Assembly (NCBI GenBank): GCA_050298595.1
Contig: JBNKUM010000084.1
Location: forward strand, 1 to 51,872
Origin: Gammaproteobacteria bacterium
GTDB taxonomy: Bacteria; Pseudomonadota; Gammaproteobacteria; GCA-001735895
Direction: 5' to 3'
DNA length: 51,872 bases
Part shown: piece by piece, positions 28,902-38,400 of the stretch
Position numbering within the stretch: position 1 is the stretch's first letter
Layout of the letters: each line of letters starts with the position of its first letter
The notes under the pieces: generated by a model
Told to the model about the DNA's origin: nothing
Databases searched by the model: none
Seen by the model: the letters and a program-made list of their open reading frames with translations, nothing else
Made by a program: the position numbers and the translations under genes

Positions 28902-29996
28902 ATGAAACAACTTAAATACCTGTTGATGGGAGCGGCTATGCTGCTCGTAACGACACATGTCAACGCCCAGCTCGCTGGTAAAAACGTTATTTTAATTCAT
29001 GGCTTTAAGGTCCAGCATATTCTGAATCCCCCCAGTGATGAAGGCCGGGCGGATGCTCTTGCCTACTGGGCAGATTTTGAACCGGCTCTGACAGATCCAG
29101 CGACAAGCCGAATACTGTACTGGCCATCCGACCGTCGTCTATCAGGCGCAAACGGAGTAGCCGCTGTGATAACCTCTCAACTAAAGCCGATTTTGTCATC
29201 AGGTTTTTGCGATGACCAGTGTATTGTGATCACACACTCTACCGGTGACCTGGTTGCTCGCTATGTCCTGGCCAATAAGCTATCCCTGTTTGGTTCGTCA
29301 TTGGCCAGCCGCTTCAAGGTGGCGGCTGTCATAGATATGGCGGGTGCCGGTGGGGGTACTGAGCTGGCAAATCTAGCAGTGGATGCGATTAAGGGTATAA
29401 ATGTCGGCGCAAGTATCACGGAGACGTTGCTGAAATTTGTCGGTTTCAATTTAAAATTGGGTATGAACCCTGGGATTTTGACCGACCTGCAACCCAGTGT
29501 CGCGCGTAATACGGCGGTCAACAGTATCCCCTCTATACCGCGCTTGCGTATCGCTGGTTCAGGAGACGAGGCCTTCGGTTTCCTTTCTCACGCCATCATC
29601 AAAGGCAAGGATGATAGCGTAGTCCCATTGCACAGTGCCTGTGGTGCAGCGGTTAACGGTGACTATGATTCCTGCGTAAAGGATCTAAGCATGGACGGAC
29701 GTATCACCAGTATTCATAAAGCGCCTTCATCAAGCCAGCTCTACGACTATCACTATCCAATCATTCTAAGTGCAACTACAGCTCACAATGATATGCCGGC
29801 AAACAAGACCGGCCATGATATGACCCTTGCCCTGAACTTAGCAGATAAATACAGCATCAGCGCAGTGAAATCCATCAATGTTGCCGCTGAGTACGAGACT
29901 ATTCGTGCCTGGTGGGACTGGTTCCATAAATACCGCTTTATCACCGGAGCCAGGGACAAGACTATGGGCGGTGTGATCGTGGATTCTTTCGAATAG
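28902..29996 (+). CDS. Secreted alpha/beta hydrolase (lipase-like) with THSTG nucleophile elbow
   Basis: Signal peptide; LIHGF oxyanion region; ITHSTGDL; AGAGGGTELA; DDSVVPLHS; candidate catalytic His in TAHND; GAGG RBS. Confidence 0.88.
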   Translation: MKQLKYLLMGAAMLLVTTHVNAQLAGKNVILIHGFKVQHILNPPSDEGRADALAYWADFEPALTDPATSRILYWPSDRRLSGANGVAAVITSQLKPILSSGFCDDQCIVITHSTGDLVARYVLANKLSLFGSSLASRFKVAAVIDMAGAGGGTELANLAVDAIKGINVGASITETLLKFVGFNLKLGMNPGILTDLQPSVARNTAVNSIPSIPRLRIAGSGDEAFGFLSHAIIKGKDDSVVPLHSACGAAVNGDYDSCVKDLSMDGRITSIHKAPSSSQLYDYHYPIILSATTAHNDMPANKTGHDMTLALNLADKYSISAVKSINVAAEYETIRAWWDWFHKYRFITGARDKTMGGVIVDSFE

Positions 29997-30260
29997 AATT
30001 CACGTCTTTCATCATTCAAGTGCGGGCACACGCTCACTGCCCCCTCCAGCAAAGAGCCGGGGGGGGATATCTTCGAGGAGAGCTTCCACTGTCACCAATA
30101 AATGGATGTGATTAGATTAAAAATATAAGGGTCCAGCTGACTCTTGACCTTTGGAAATTCTGGTCTGATAGACCTGAGACAACTGCCTTAGACCGTAAAA
30201 GGCAAGCCATGCCCCTTCCTGTGTCTTGTACCAATAACTCTTTACATCAGCAGCTTGAAG

Positions 30261-30591
30261 CTGCTTTAAACCTGGATTCTGCAGTTGACCGCTCGCATCA
30301 GAGGGTAACCAACTGTTTCGTAAACCATTAAACTCGATTGATCTTTTCACGCTACAAGCTGAATGGCAGGTTTGAGGCGGCGTATCGATGCATTGCCTAC
30401 AGGGACGTAGGTAAGGGGCGTGAGCAGGACGCGGAAGCCTTGCCTACAGGGACGTAGGTAAGGGGCGTGAGCAGGACGCGTAAGCTTTGTAACTCTCTGG
30501 AACAGCCCGCCATTCCGCGTCGGCACGCCTTGATCTGCACCACCACAAACGCACTACAACTCGTCCAACTGCGAATTCCAGGTTAAAGCAG
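30261..30591. mobile_element. MITE-like element with terminal inverted repeats of about 27 bp
   Basis: Left ctgctttaaacctggattctgcagttg; right caactgcgaattccaggttaaagcag. A homologous partial copy lies at 38224-38400. Confidence 0.7.
30393..30486. repeat. Tandem duplication of a 47-bp REP-like unit
   Basis: ttgcctacagggacgtaggtaaggggcgtgagcaggacgcggaagcc twice (2 mismatches); each copy has a CCTAC-N6-GTAGG hairpin. Confidence 0.92.
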
Positions 30592-30602
30592 ACTTTCTTA
30601 AG

Positions 30603-30708
30603 CCTCAACACTGCCATCATCTGCGGCGCAATTCGGCCCTGTTTTTTTGCAGGTTCTTTTGCAAAAAACGGGCGATGTTGTGGAGTCTGTTGTATGGCTT
30701 TGTTAGTT
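30603..30708 (-). other. Integron attC site (slightly degenerate)
   Basis: Minus strand AACTAAC-AAA-GCCATAC..GAC ... ttttttgca/tgcaaaaaa stem ... GATGGC-AGT-GTTGAGG. Confidence 0.7.
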
Positions 30709-30830
30709 TTTCTCTAAATGATTCTAATGTTTCAATTAGGGGTAGATGAAACGTTCAAGCAGAATACCTATAACCAATAACACCTACTTTAATCATTCAA
30801 CGTAAATCCAATTTTTATAAGCGGGGGGGG

Positions 30831-30913
30831 CGCCCAAAATCACAGGTAACTTTAAACTGCTTAACGAGGTGGAATATTTTAAATTTTTTCCATGTGAATT
30901 AACCTTGTTAAGT
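30831..30913 (-). other. Integron attC site with the R' core lost
   Basis: Minus strand ACTTAAC overlaps the cassette stop; AATTCACA pairs with TGTGATTT; ends GGGCG followed by a C-run instead of TTRRRY. Confidence 0.6.
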
Positions 30914-31231
30914 GTTTGAAACCTCAATAACCTTACCATAACCCATTATTTTATTTTTCTCGCAAATATGCCAACAAAAACCAGGCTTAAAATGGCGAAT
31001 ATCCTGTGATGCAATAATAAACCTGCCATGAGCTTTACAGGAATCACCCGGCTTGAGTAGATGAGTATCAATAAAATCTAAGTGCCCCATAAAGCAATAG
31101 TCACGCCCAGGCATCCAATGATTAGGGCGCACCCCAGTATAATAACCATCGCGGTCACGCATACATGATTTATGAAGTCCAATTTCTACGATGGCATTTA
31201 TGCTTTCAGTTTCTATTTTTTCGATACTCAT
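30908..31231 (-). CDS. Integron cassette gene: stand-alone EF-Tu domain III-like protein (107 aa)
   Basis: GYYTGVRPNH..G..LLKPGD..FKPG..WHICEKNKIMGYGKV resembles EF-Tu FFKGYRPQF..MVMPGD..FAIREGGRTVGAGVV. Start moved to ATG at 31231, directly after the GTTAAGT core. Confidence 0.7.
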   Translation of the reverse strand: MSIEKIETESINAIVEIGLHKSCMRDRDGYYTGVRPNHWMPGRDYCFMGHLDFIDTHLLKPGDSCKAHGRFIIASQDIRHFKPGFCWHICEKNKIMGYGKVIEVSNT

Positions 31232-31234
31232 AAC

Positions 31235-31241
31235 ACTTAAC
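31235..31241 (-). other. Cassette 5' recombination core site (GTTRRRY), possibly attI
   Basis: GTTAAGT 3 nt before the ATG; exact reverse complement of the ACTTAAC at the gene's stop. No attC hairpin upstream. Confidence 0.6.
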
Positions 31242-32282
31242 AAATATGGATATGTAACACGCACTAAAAATGAGACATAGCGACTTGCGCAAATATTGTG
31301 ATACACTGCATTTTGCGCTCATATGTTCTCACTCACCTGAAACCTCAAAATAGAACGATTTTTGTCGAATTATTCCGCCACTTTTGAAGTTGCTCCGTAT
31401 CCAAAAAGGTTCTCATCCATGGGTCCGAAATAGGGTCACATGCGATTAGACCTTACTTTGGCACTGCAATATAGTAGCCCGACCCCATTTTTTACACAAG
31501 CACTACGAAGTGAAATATTCACCGATTAAATTTAGATGATAGATAACCATCTTACAATTAGCAAAATAGCGTAGATATGAAAACTATATAAGCTTTTTAG
31601 AGTACGCCCCCCTTTATATCTCCTCCCAAAGAAAAACAATGCTACTCATTTTTTAATCTATCTTTCAATAATATAGAAATGTACTAATGGACCACAAAAT
31701 AATGGACGATATATTAAGGATACTTATTGTTGACAATAACAGTCTCGTCAAAGCAAGCCTTAAAAGGCCTGAATATATAAATAATCAGCAATAAAGTAAG
31801 TTCTTAGGGGTTACCGAAAATCCACGGGCTGATGTTTGCCAGGAATTCACAGAAGCTGCCGATTTATCCACCTACTTGTAATATCAAATTAACATTTATT
31901 TTTGGAGAATATTTTGGATGTTTTTATTAATTCAGTCTTTAAATATGGGTTGTTTATAATTCTGATGACAGAAAGGAAGCAAGCTACATGGAGAAAATAT
32001 TTCCAGTTAGAGCATGATTTTCAAGTTTCAAAACTGACAAAGCGCTATTTATGCGGCGTTAATGAAAGTTATGACGAAGTTAAAAATGTAGACGATTCCA
32101 ATGTTGATTTTTCTCGTTATCCTGGTCTTTTATCGTCTTTGAAATCAGCGGCTTAGGGCGAGGATTTGATCGCTTACATGAAATACCTGTAACGCAATCT
32201 TAACAGCGCATTGGAGTCACCCATGACTAATTTGATCTGAGTGTAAAGGAACTTAACCCCAGCATGACTGGTGGGGGTATAG

Positions 32283-32819
32283 TTATAGTTTAAATTCAAC
32301 ACCGATAAGTATTGAATTAAGCGAGCCAAAATCATATTCCGCAGACTGAACAGTCATAAACAAAATATTATATGAGACTGAAAGCATATAGGTTAAATCA
32401 GTACCTTTTTTGGATGTTGTTGCTTCTGGCCCTGGATTGAACAGCACCCCCTCTGAAGATTTGACTTCCCAGCTGGAATAACCTATGCGTGGTGTTACAC
32501 TGAACTTCTCATTAATATCAAAGCGATATCCAAGTAATACCATATTCTCATATACACTGGCAGAATCGGAAAAACCTATATCAAGAAATGAATTATGGGA
32601 AATACTGGTAAGCTCTATTAGTACATTGTTGCTAAATTGATAACCTAATGATAACTGGAAGTCTAAATTTTCAAAGCTATCATCTCCGCTATTCACCAGA
32701 TACTTCGACTTGACCTTTGCTGTACTTTCACCAATCCCGGCAAGCAAATAAAACCCTTCATCAGCATATGATGGCAGGGGCAGTATAAGGCTGATAGCTA
32801 TAATAATGATTCTCAACAT
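32283..32819 (-). CDS. Small outer-membrane beta-barrel (OmpA-like TM domain) protein
   Basis: Signal peptide from Met42 of the ORF; GFYLLAGIG, LGYQF, LGYRF strands; C-terminal GVEFKL. Confidence 0.8.
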   Translation of the reverse strand: MLRIIIIAISLILPLPSYADEGFYLLAGIGESTAKVKSKYLVNSGDDSFENLDFQLSLGYQFSNNVLIELTSISHNSFLDIGFSDSASVYENMVLLGYRFDINEKFSVTPRIGYSSWEVKSSEGVLFNPGPEATTSKKGTDLTYMLSVSYNILFMTVQSAEYDFGSLNSILIGVEFKL

Positions 32820-33098
32820 ATTATAAGAACCCGACAGGGGATCAAACTGTGTTGCTGCCTGCCTCGACAGGAGCTTTCGAATGAACAGGGATTTTGGTAG
32901 GAAAAATGATGATGTATCCATGACTAATACTTCTTCCTTCATAAACTTCTTAAAAACGAATGAAGGCTGTGAGACTACGTTATTTTGAAGTAAAGGTCAA
33001 TTCAGGAGATTGTCTTACTTAGGCCTACCCAAAAATGGCACAAGTAGCACCTTGATTGCGCATCAGCCAGAGATACAACATAATTAATTAGAACCGCC

Positions 33099-35210
33099 TT
33101 AAAAGTAAATACCGTAAAAAGATTCAGCCGAAGGCAGCAGCAAACTTCCTGCAGTGGTATCAAAATCATTGACATCAACCGCTCTGACACCAATATTGGA
33201 AAGTGAAAACAGATAGTTGTCACTGCCTCTGCTCATAAAAATACTTCGAGTTGGCTGTGCTAACCAGCCATAGTAATAAGCATTACAATAGTTTTCATCA
33301 TCCTGACAGCTGCTGGCCTGCTTTGCCAGATCATTATGATCTACCTTCCCCACCAGACTTAACCCCTGTTGTAGGTCAATATCCAGCGCGATCATACCCA
33401 TAAAAACATTGTCACTGGCATTATCGTAACTCGCGATTGGCACAACCAGCATTTGTAATGGCTCATAATAGGTAAAGGCATGGTGGTTCCAGCTAGCCTG
33501 ACTCCAGCTATATCCACTTTTCATATCAGGGGTATAGCTGTCAACCAGTACGGGTGCAGCCAGATCGCTGATATCAAACAGCTTAATCGCAATCTGATTG
33601 GTACTGCCAGCATCATTACCATCTCGCCCAATAGTCAGCAGATGAGTTTCACCGACAGGATACATATAGGAGCTAAATCCAGGGATTTTCAACTCCCCAG
33701 CAATAAAGGGCTGCAGCGGATTAGATAGATCAAAACTAAATAAGGGGTCAATCTGCCGAAAAGTCACTACGTAACCCCGATCTCCCACAAATCGTGCTGA
33801 AAATATGCGCTCGTTATCTGCAAAATTTTCTACCGATGAAACGATATCCATACCCTGCTGTGCATTATCTTCCAGCACATAGAGGTGATTGGTACTTCTA
33901 ATGTCGCTACGATCATCCAGGTTCCACACACTCTGCGTCGTCGCTATACGTAAATAATCCTTATAATAGCTGAGATTAAAAGAAGTCTGTGGAAAGCCTT
34001 TAACTATACCCGTAGATACATACTCTGGTTTTTGATCACTAATAGAAAAATGATGTATGGCAGATTGCTGCTGTTGATTTCGATCAGACCACCAGTGGTT
34101 ACCTGGCTGGACAATAAACAGGTCCTGCTGGCTGACATAAGTTATCCACCCACTACCCAGTGCAGCAACCTGTTGCAGATTATCTCCACTGATATCGACA
34201 CTGGTAATCGTCAGCAGATGATTCTGAGTTAAATCAACTTCCGGTTTGTATACATCTGAACAATCCAGTGTCAGAGTTTGGGTATCTGACTGCGAGCCAG
34301 ATATGGTAACTTTAGGTAACAGGCTGGCCACCGAATCTAAGTCCAGGCCTGCCTCAACCAGTTGCCTGACCTGCTGCCGGACACTGTCCATCTGACTTTC
34401 ATCGTCTTTTAAATACGCATCACGGTATTGCTCCAGCAATCCCGGTATCTGATCATCATCAGGCATATTATATCCACCCAGATAATAGCCCTGTATCAGA
34501 TGCAGCCGATTACCTATCAGACGGCTATTAATGAGGTTACCATCGAGGCTGATGCGCTGGTTAATCACAGGCTGAGCGGGATTACTGATATCGATGAGCA
34601 GTAAATCGGTCTGAGGAATAAATCTTATATAGGGTGCAATCGCCAGATCTTGTCCAACCGTAATAACAGGATCACCAGGCAATACATTCGGAGAAACCAG
34701 CACAGCCACTGTGTTTTGATCTTCAGCCAGATACAGTCCGGAAGTCCAACCACCCAGTTCCAGGGTCGCCAGGATATTCATAGACTGTGGGGGGAATGCA
34801 TCTGCAATCACCAGCTTATCATGCTGGGCAATATATAGATTTCCCTGAGAGTCGGTTTTGACTGTATCAGCCTCATCAACACCAGCCTCCTGGGTATTGG
34901 TCTGACTGATGTTATCCAGGACGGTATCAGTTGCTACGTCATCGGTATTGGCGGCATCAGGCGCAGTTGGAGAATTGACAACCGCTTCATCAACAACACC
35001 CTGATAGCGATAAACAGCCAGCAGGTTCTCTACCCAGTTGTCGATAAACTGTTGTTTGAGGTCGTCACAACTAGTGACCGTGCGCAGGGCGACCTCAGAC
35101 TGAGGCAATGAGGTTTGTTGAATGGGGCTAGCTGTTTCGGAATCCTGATTGCAGGCAGTCAACGCTAATACCATCAATAGCGTGCTAAAAATCGTCAATC
35201 GGCGATGCAT
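33099..35210 (-). CDS. Beta-propeller domain lipoprotein (COG4880-like)
   Basis: Lipobox LTAC; SQTNTQEAGVDEADTVKTD; ERIFSARF..GYVVTFRQIDPLF; GELKIPGFSSY. Confidence 0.9.
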   Translation of the reverse strand: MHRRLTIFSTLLMVLALTACNQDSETASPIQQTSLPQSEVALRTVTSCDDLKQQFIDNWVENLLAVYRYQGVVDEAVVNSPTAPDAANTDDVATDTVLDNISQTNTQEAGVDEADTVKTDSQGNLYIAQHDKLVIADAFPPQSMNILATLELGGWTSGLYLAEDQNTVAVLVSPNVLPGDPVITVGQDLAIAPYIRFIPQTDLLLIDISNPAQPVINQRISLDGNLINSRLIGNRLHLIQGYYLGGYNMPDDDQIPGLLEQYRDAYLKDDESQMDSVRQQVRQLVEAGLDLDSVASLLPKVTISGSQSDTQTLTLDCSDVYKPEVDLTQNHLLTITSVDISGDNLQQVAALGSGWITYVSQQDLFIVQPGNHWWSDRNQQQQSAIHHFSISDQKPEYVSTGIVKGFPQTSFNLSYYKDYLRIATTQSVWNLDDRSDIRSTNHLYVLEDNAQQGMDIVSSVENFADNERIFSARFVGDRGYVVTFRQIDPLFSFDLSNPLQPFIAGELKIPGFSSYMYPVGETHLLTIGRDGNDAGSTNQIAIKLFDISDLAAPVLVDSYTPDMKSGYSWSQASWNHHAFTYYEPLQMLVVPIASYDNASDNVFMGMIALDIDLQQGLSLVGKVDHNDLAKQASSCQDDENYCNAYYYGWLAQPTRSIFMSRGSDNYLFSLSNIGVRAVDVNDFDTTAGSLLLPSAESFYGIYF

Positions 35211-35286
35211 GCGGTGTTTCCCTGATAAACTACTAGACACTTAATCCTGTTCCAAAACAGGATAGCTTGCAACCAAAAATCAGGTT

Positions 35287-36105
35287 TTAGGAAATATTTT
35301 GCAGCCTTGTATTGAGGATATCTATCAGTAATGGATGCTGCGAGATCAGTGGTGAAATCCTTACTTTGAAATTCGGGTAGCGCTGTATGACGCGGGTGCA
35401 GATTCCATTAACATCACCGTTTTCCCCGGCATGTCGTCCCGGCAATAAAAACATCATACTGACGACAGCCCCAGTCAAACCCTGTTGAGCCATTTCTGTC
35501 AACCGGTCTTCCAGTAAATCACCGTTAAAGTCGTATTCTTTATCTGGGCGCCTTTCCATTACAGCCTGAGCTAGTGAAATATTATCACCCAGTAATTTAA
35601 CCAACTGACTCGCAATAGACTTTCTCACGTCGGTCACCGCAGGCACAGGTGATCCATGATCGACTAACACCACATGTTTTATTGGTTGTGAGTTTTGTCT
35701 CTGGCATCGTACAACGTTTTCATACAGTATCTGTACGAGATTAGAGTCTCCATCCGGCATGGGATACAATACCTCTGCGACCCGCAGCGTAAAATAACCA
35801 TACTGCTGTTGTAGATTCTTTATCTGTTCTGGAATAAATGAGGTCAAGGCTCGGCTTTGAGAAAAAAAAAGTGGCAGGATAATAAAATCGCGCTCACCCG
35901 ACTGAATTTGCTGAGATAAATATCCAGGCAAGGTTTGTGCTGGCTGGTTATTCAATAAGCGGGCATCAATATTATCCGAGTGTTGCAGCGAAACTGCATC
36001 AACCGGCTGTTGTGCCATTGCACTTAGCTGTTGTGCTAATTCACGCAACATCAAAGTAGCTGCAGGCTGTTTCGAACCATTATCGCAAAGTAAGACCTGA
36101 GTCAT
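35287..36105 (-). CDS. CbiX/SirB-family sirohydrochlorin chelatase (two domains)
   Basis: LLCDNGS, ILPLFF, VLVDHGSP, FLLPGRHAG, LISQHP. Confidence 0.85.
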   Translation of the reverse strand: MTQVLLCDNGSKQPAATLMLRELAQQLSAMAQQPVDAVSLQHSDNIDARLLNNQPAQTLPGYLSQQIQSGERDFIILPLFFSQSRALTSFIPEQIKNLQQQYGYFTLRVAEVLYPMPDGDSNLVQILYENVVRCQRQNSQPIKHVVLVDHGSPVPAVTDVRKSIASQLVKLLGDNISLAQAVMERRPDKEYDFNGDLLEDRLTEMAQQGLTGAVVSMMFLLPGRHAGENGDVNGICTRVIQRYPNFKVRISPLISQHPLLIDILNTRLQNIS

Positions 36106-36187
36106 ATTGAAATACTGAATTTGTGGCTGAATAAGCAATAACTTAACATAGCATGAATACCAATAACCTTACTAAAGTAATCTAATA

Positions 36188-37252
36188 ATGATTCGCCATC
36201 TGATGTTGATTTTGTTAACCCTGACTCCTGTGCTAGCCATGGGCGCTAATCACTGTGTCATTCTGCAATACCATCATTTCAGTGAAGCAACCCCGCTTAG
36301 TACCAGCATAAAAGAAACACAGTTTGTCGATCAGCTAAACTATCTGGCTGAAAATGGTTTCAATATAATGGCTTTACGAGATGTAGCCCTGTCGCTTAAC
36401 CACCAACTGGAATTACCGGATAAATGCGTCAGTCTGACTGTGGATGATGCCTACCTTTCCGTTTACAAGACCGCCTACCCCTTAGTTAAAAAGCACCGCT
36501 GGCCATTAACTGTATTTGTCAGTAGCGACCATGTGGCTGATAAATCGTCGTTGTATATGAGCTGGCAACAGTTACGTGAAATGGCCCAGCAGGGTGTCAG
36601 CATTGAAAACCATGGGCAAAGCCATATCCACATGGTTAGACGCACATCAGACGAATCAGAACAGCAATGGTTAGAGCGCATACGCTCAGATATATTAAGT
36701 TCACAACAGAAAATTACCGAACGAACAGGCATTGCACCTCAGCTGTTTGCCTGGCCCTATGGTGAGTTCAACCCAAAACTGGGACAGTTGATTACTGAGC
36801 TCGGCCTGATAGGTTTTGGACAGCAATCTGGACCAGCCTGGGCAGATGCCAATTTCTATGCATTACCGCGCTTTCCGATGGCTGACAGGTTCGCCAATCT
36901 GGATGGCTTTATTACCAAGGTAAACACGCTTCCCCTGCCCGTAGTTCGAGCTCTACCTGTAGATCCGGTGGTAGAACCAGGCAACAGTAGACCCACGCTA
37001 ACCCTTACTCTGGCCTCCGGCAGTTATTCTAAATCTAATCTTCGCTGTTATATCGGTGGCAGTGATCAACTAACCATGAACTGGTCGAGCGAGATCGAAG
37101 ATACTGTTGAAGTCACCCCCCTGTTTGACTTAAAACCAGGGCGGCATCGAACAAATTGCACTATGCCATCTAAGCAAAAAGGTCGCTTCCACTGGTACAG
37201 CCACAACTGGATTGTGCCTAATGCAGACGGTAGTTGGTATCACGAACTCTAA
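36188..37252 (+). CDS. Periplasmic polysaccharide deacetylase (NodB homology)
   Basis: ILQYHH, LTVDDAY, ENHGQSH, FAWPYGE, LPRFP; C-terminal Ig-like extension. Confidence 0.92.
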   Translation: MIRHLMLILLTLTPVLAMGANHCVILQYHHFSEATPLSTSIKETQFVDQLNYLAENGFNIMALRDVALSLNHQLELPDKCVSLTVDDAYLSVYKTAYPLVKKHRWPLTVFVSSDHVADKSSLYMSWQQLREMAQQGVSIENHGQSHIHMVRRTSDESEQQWLERIRSDILSSQQKITERTGIAPQLFAWPYGEFNPKLGQLITELGLIGFGQQSGPAWADANFYALPRFPMADRFANLDGFITKVNTLPLPVVRALPVDPVVEPGNSRPTLTLTLASGSYSKSNLRCYIGGSDQLTMNWSSEIEDTVEVTPLFDLKPGRHRTNCTMPSKQKGRFHWYSHNWIVPNADGSWYHEL

Positions 37253-37279
37253 TTTTCAACCTCGATTCAAAGTAACCCT

Positions 37280-38221
37280 ATGCCAGAAAGCAGTAAAATC
37301 TTTAAAATCATCACCCAGCTAAGCTGTTTAATCAGCCTCCTAACAAGCACTAACTTACAGGCTCAAAGCTGGAGATCCAACTGGAACTATTCCAATTATC
37401 AGCCTTATCCCTACCAGAACCAGATGGTGACACGATACAATCCCTACCGTGGCTATATGCAACCCTACCCCTCCACACCTAACTATTATTATCCTTACCC
37501 GTATCAGAACCCGGCACAACAAAATCTGCCTGCCAACCCTGAATCAAAAAAAACGCAAGAGCCTGAAATAACCAGGACTGATATTGAGGCTCGCAAAGCC
37601 CAGTTCGTACAGCAGCTACTGCCTGTCATTCAACAGGAAAACAAACGACTGGTTAAATTACGCTACCGAATTCAGAATACTTTTATCCTGTTAGATCGAG
37701 GATACCTGCTCAAACCCCAGGATAAGAAGTGGTTAGAATCTCTGGCGAAAAAATACAAGGTCAAGGGTAACCCATTGTTAGAGGCAAAAAGTAGAGTCGA
37801 GTTACTGGATAAGATAGACATCATTCCTGTATCACTGGCACTGGCTCAAGCCGCGAATGAATCGGCCTGGGGCCGGTCACGCTTTAGCCTTGAGGCAAAT
37901 AATCTATTCGGCATCTGGACCTTCAATACGAAAAAAGGCCTGAAACCTAAGGAGAGAGATAAGGACAAAAAGCATCTAGTGCGTAAGTTCGAACATATCG
38001 GTGAATCAATTCAATTTTATATGCTGACTCTGAACCGTCACGCAGCTTACCGCAAAATGCGTAACATCAGAAAGCATCTACGCAATAGTGAGTCGCCCAT
38101 CACTGGGGAAGCTATGGCAAAAGGTCTGGAAAAGTATTCTGAGAAAGGTACGGAATACGTCGAATTAATTCAAAATCTGATCCGTCAAAACAACTGGGAC
38201 CAACTGGATCGTAGCGTTTAA
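37280..38221 (+). CDS. Bax-like glucosaminidase-domain protein
   Basis: IPVSLALAQAANESAWGRSRF..ANNLFGIW; LNRHAAY; YSEKG..Y. Confidence 0.9.
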   Translation: MPESSKIFKIITQLSCLISLLTSTNLQAQSWRSNWNYSNYQPYPYQNQMVTRYNPYRGYMQPYPSTPNYYYPYPYQNPAQQNLPANPESKKTQEPEITRTDIEARKAQFVQQLLPVIQQENKRLVKLRYRIQNTFILLDRGYLLKPQDKKWLESLAKKYKVKGNPLLEAKSRVELLDKIDIIPVSLALAQAANESAWGRSRFSLEANNLFGIWTFNTKKGLKPKERDKDKKHLVRKFEHIGESIQFYMLTLNRHAAYRKMRNIRKHLRNSESPITGEAMAKGLEKYSEKGTEYVELIQNLIRQNNWDQLDRSV

Positions 38222-38223
38222 AC

Positions 38224-38400
38224 GCAGAGATACCTCGCCTCAAACGTGCAATTCAGCTCATAGCGGGATTCACCTGTTGGATTTTAGCAGGGATGCTGTT
38301 ATTTCGCGAAAGCATAGGAGCGTGAAAATACAAACTGACTATGATCGTTTCGAAACAGAGGGTTACACACTCATGCGAGCGATCAACTGCGGAATCCAGG
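38224..38400 (+). repeat. Partial second copy of the 30261-30591 element (inverted)
   Basis: 38351-38400 matches the reverse complement of 30271-30320 at 43/50 nt; 38236-38258 matches the reverse complement of 30357-30379 at 21/23 nt. Confidence 0.85.

Noticed and set aside
30117-30350. 77-aa ORF as a real gene
   Set aside because: Its 5' third is the MITE end read through the TIR; chimeric, with no recognisable family.
30393-30486. 47-bp tandem repeat as a mini CRISPR array
   Set aside because: The copies are directly adjacent with no spacer, there are only two, and no cas genes are present.
31902-32156. 84-aa ORF and an internal attC-like end (tttatgcggcgttaat)
   Set aside because: TTG start, no family motif, and no proper RYYYAAC partner or stem; probably decayed DNA.
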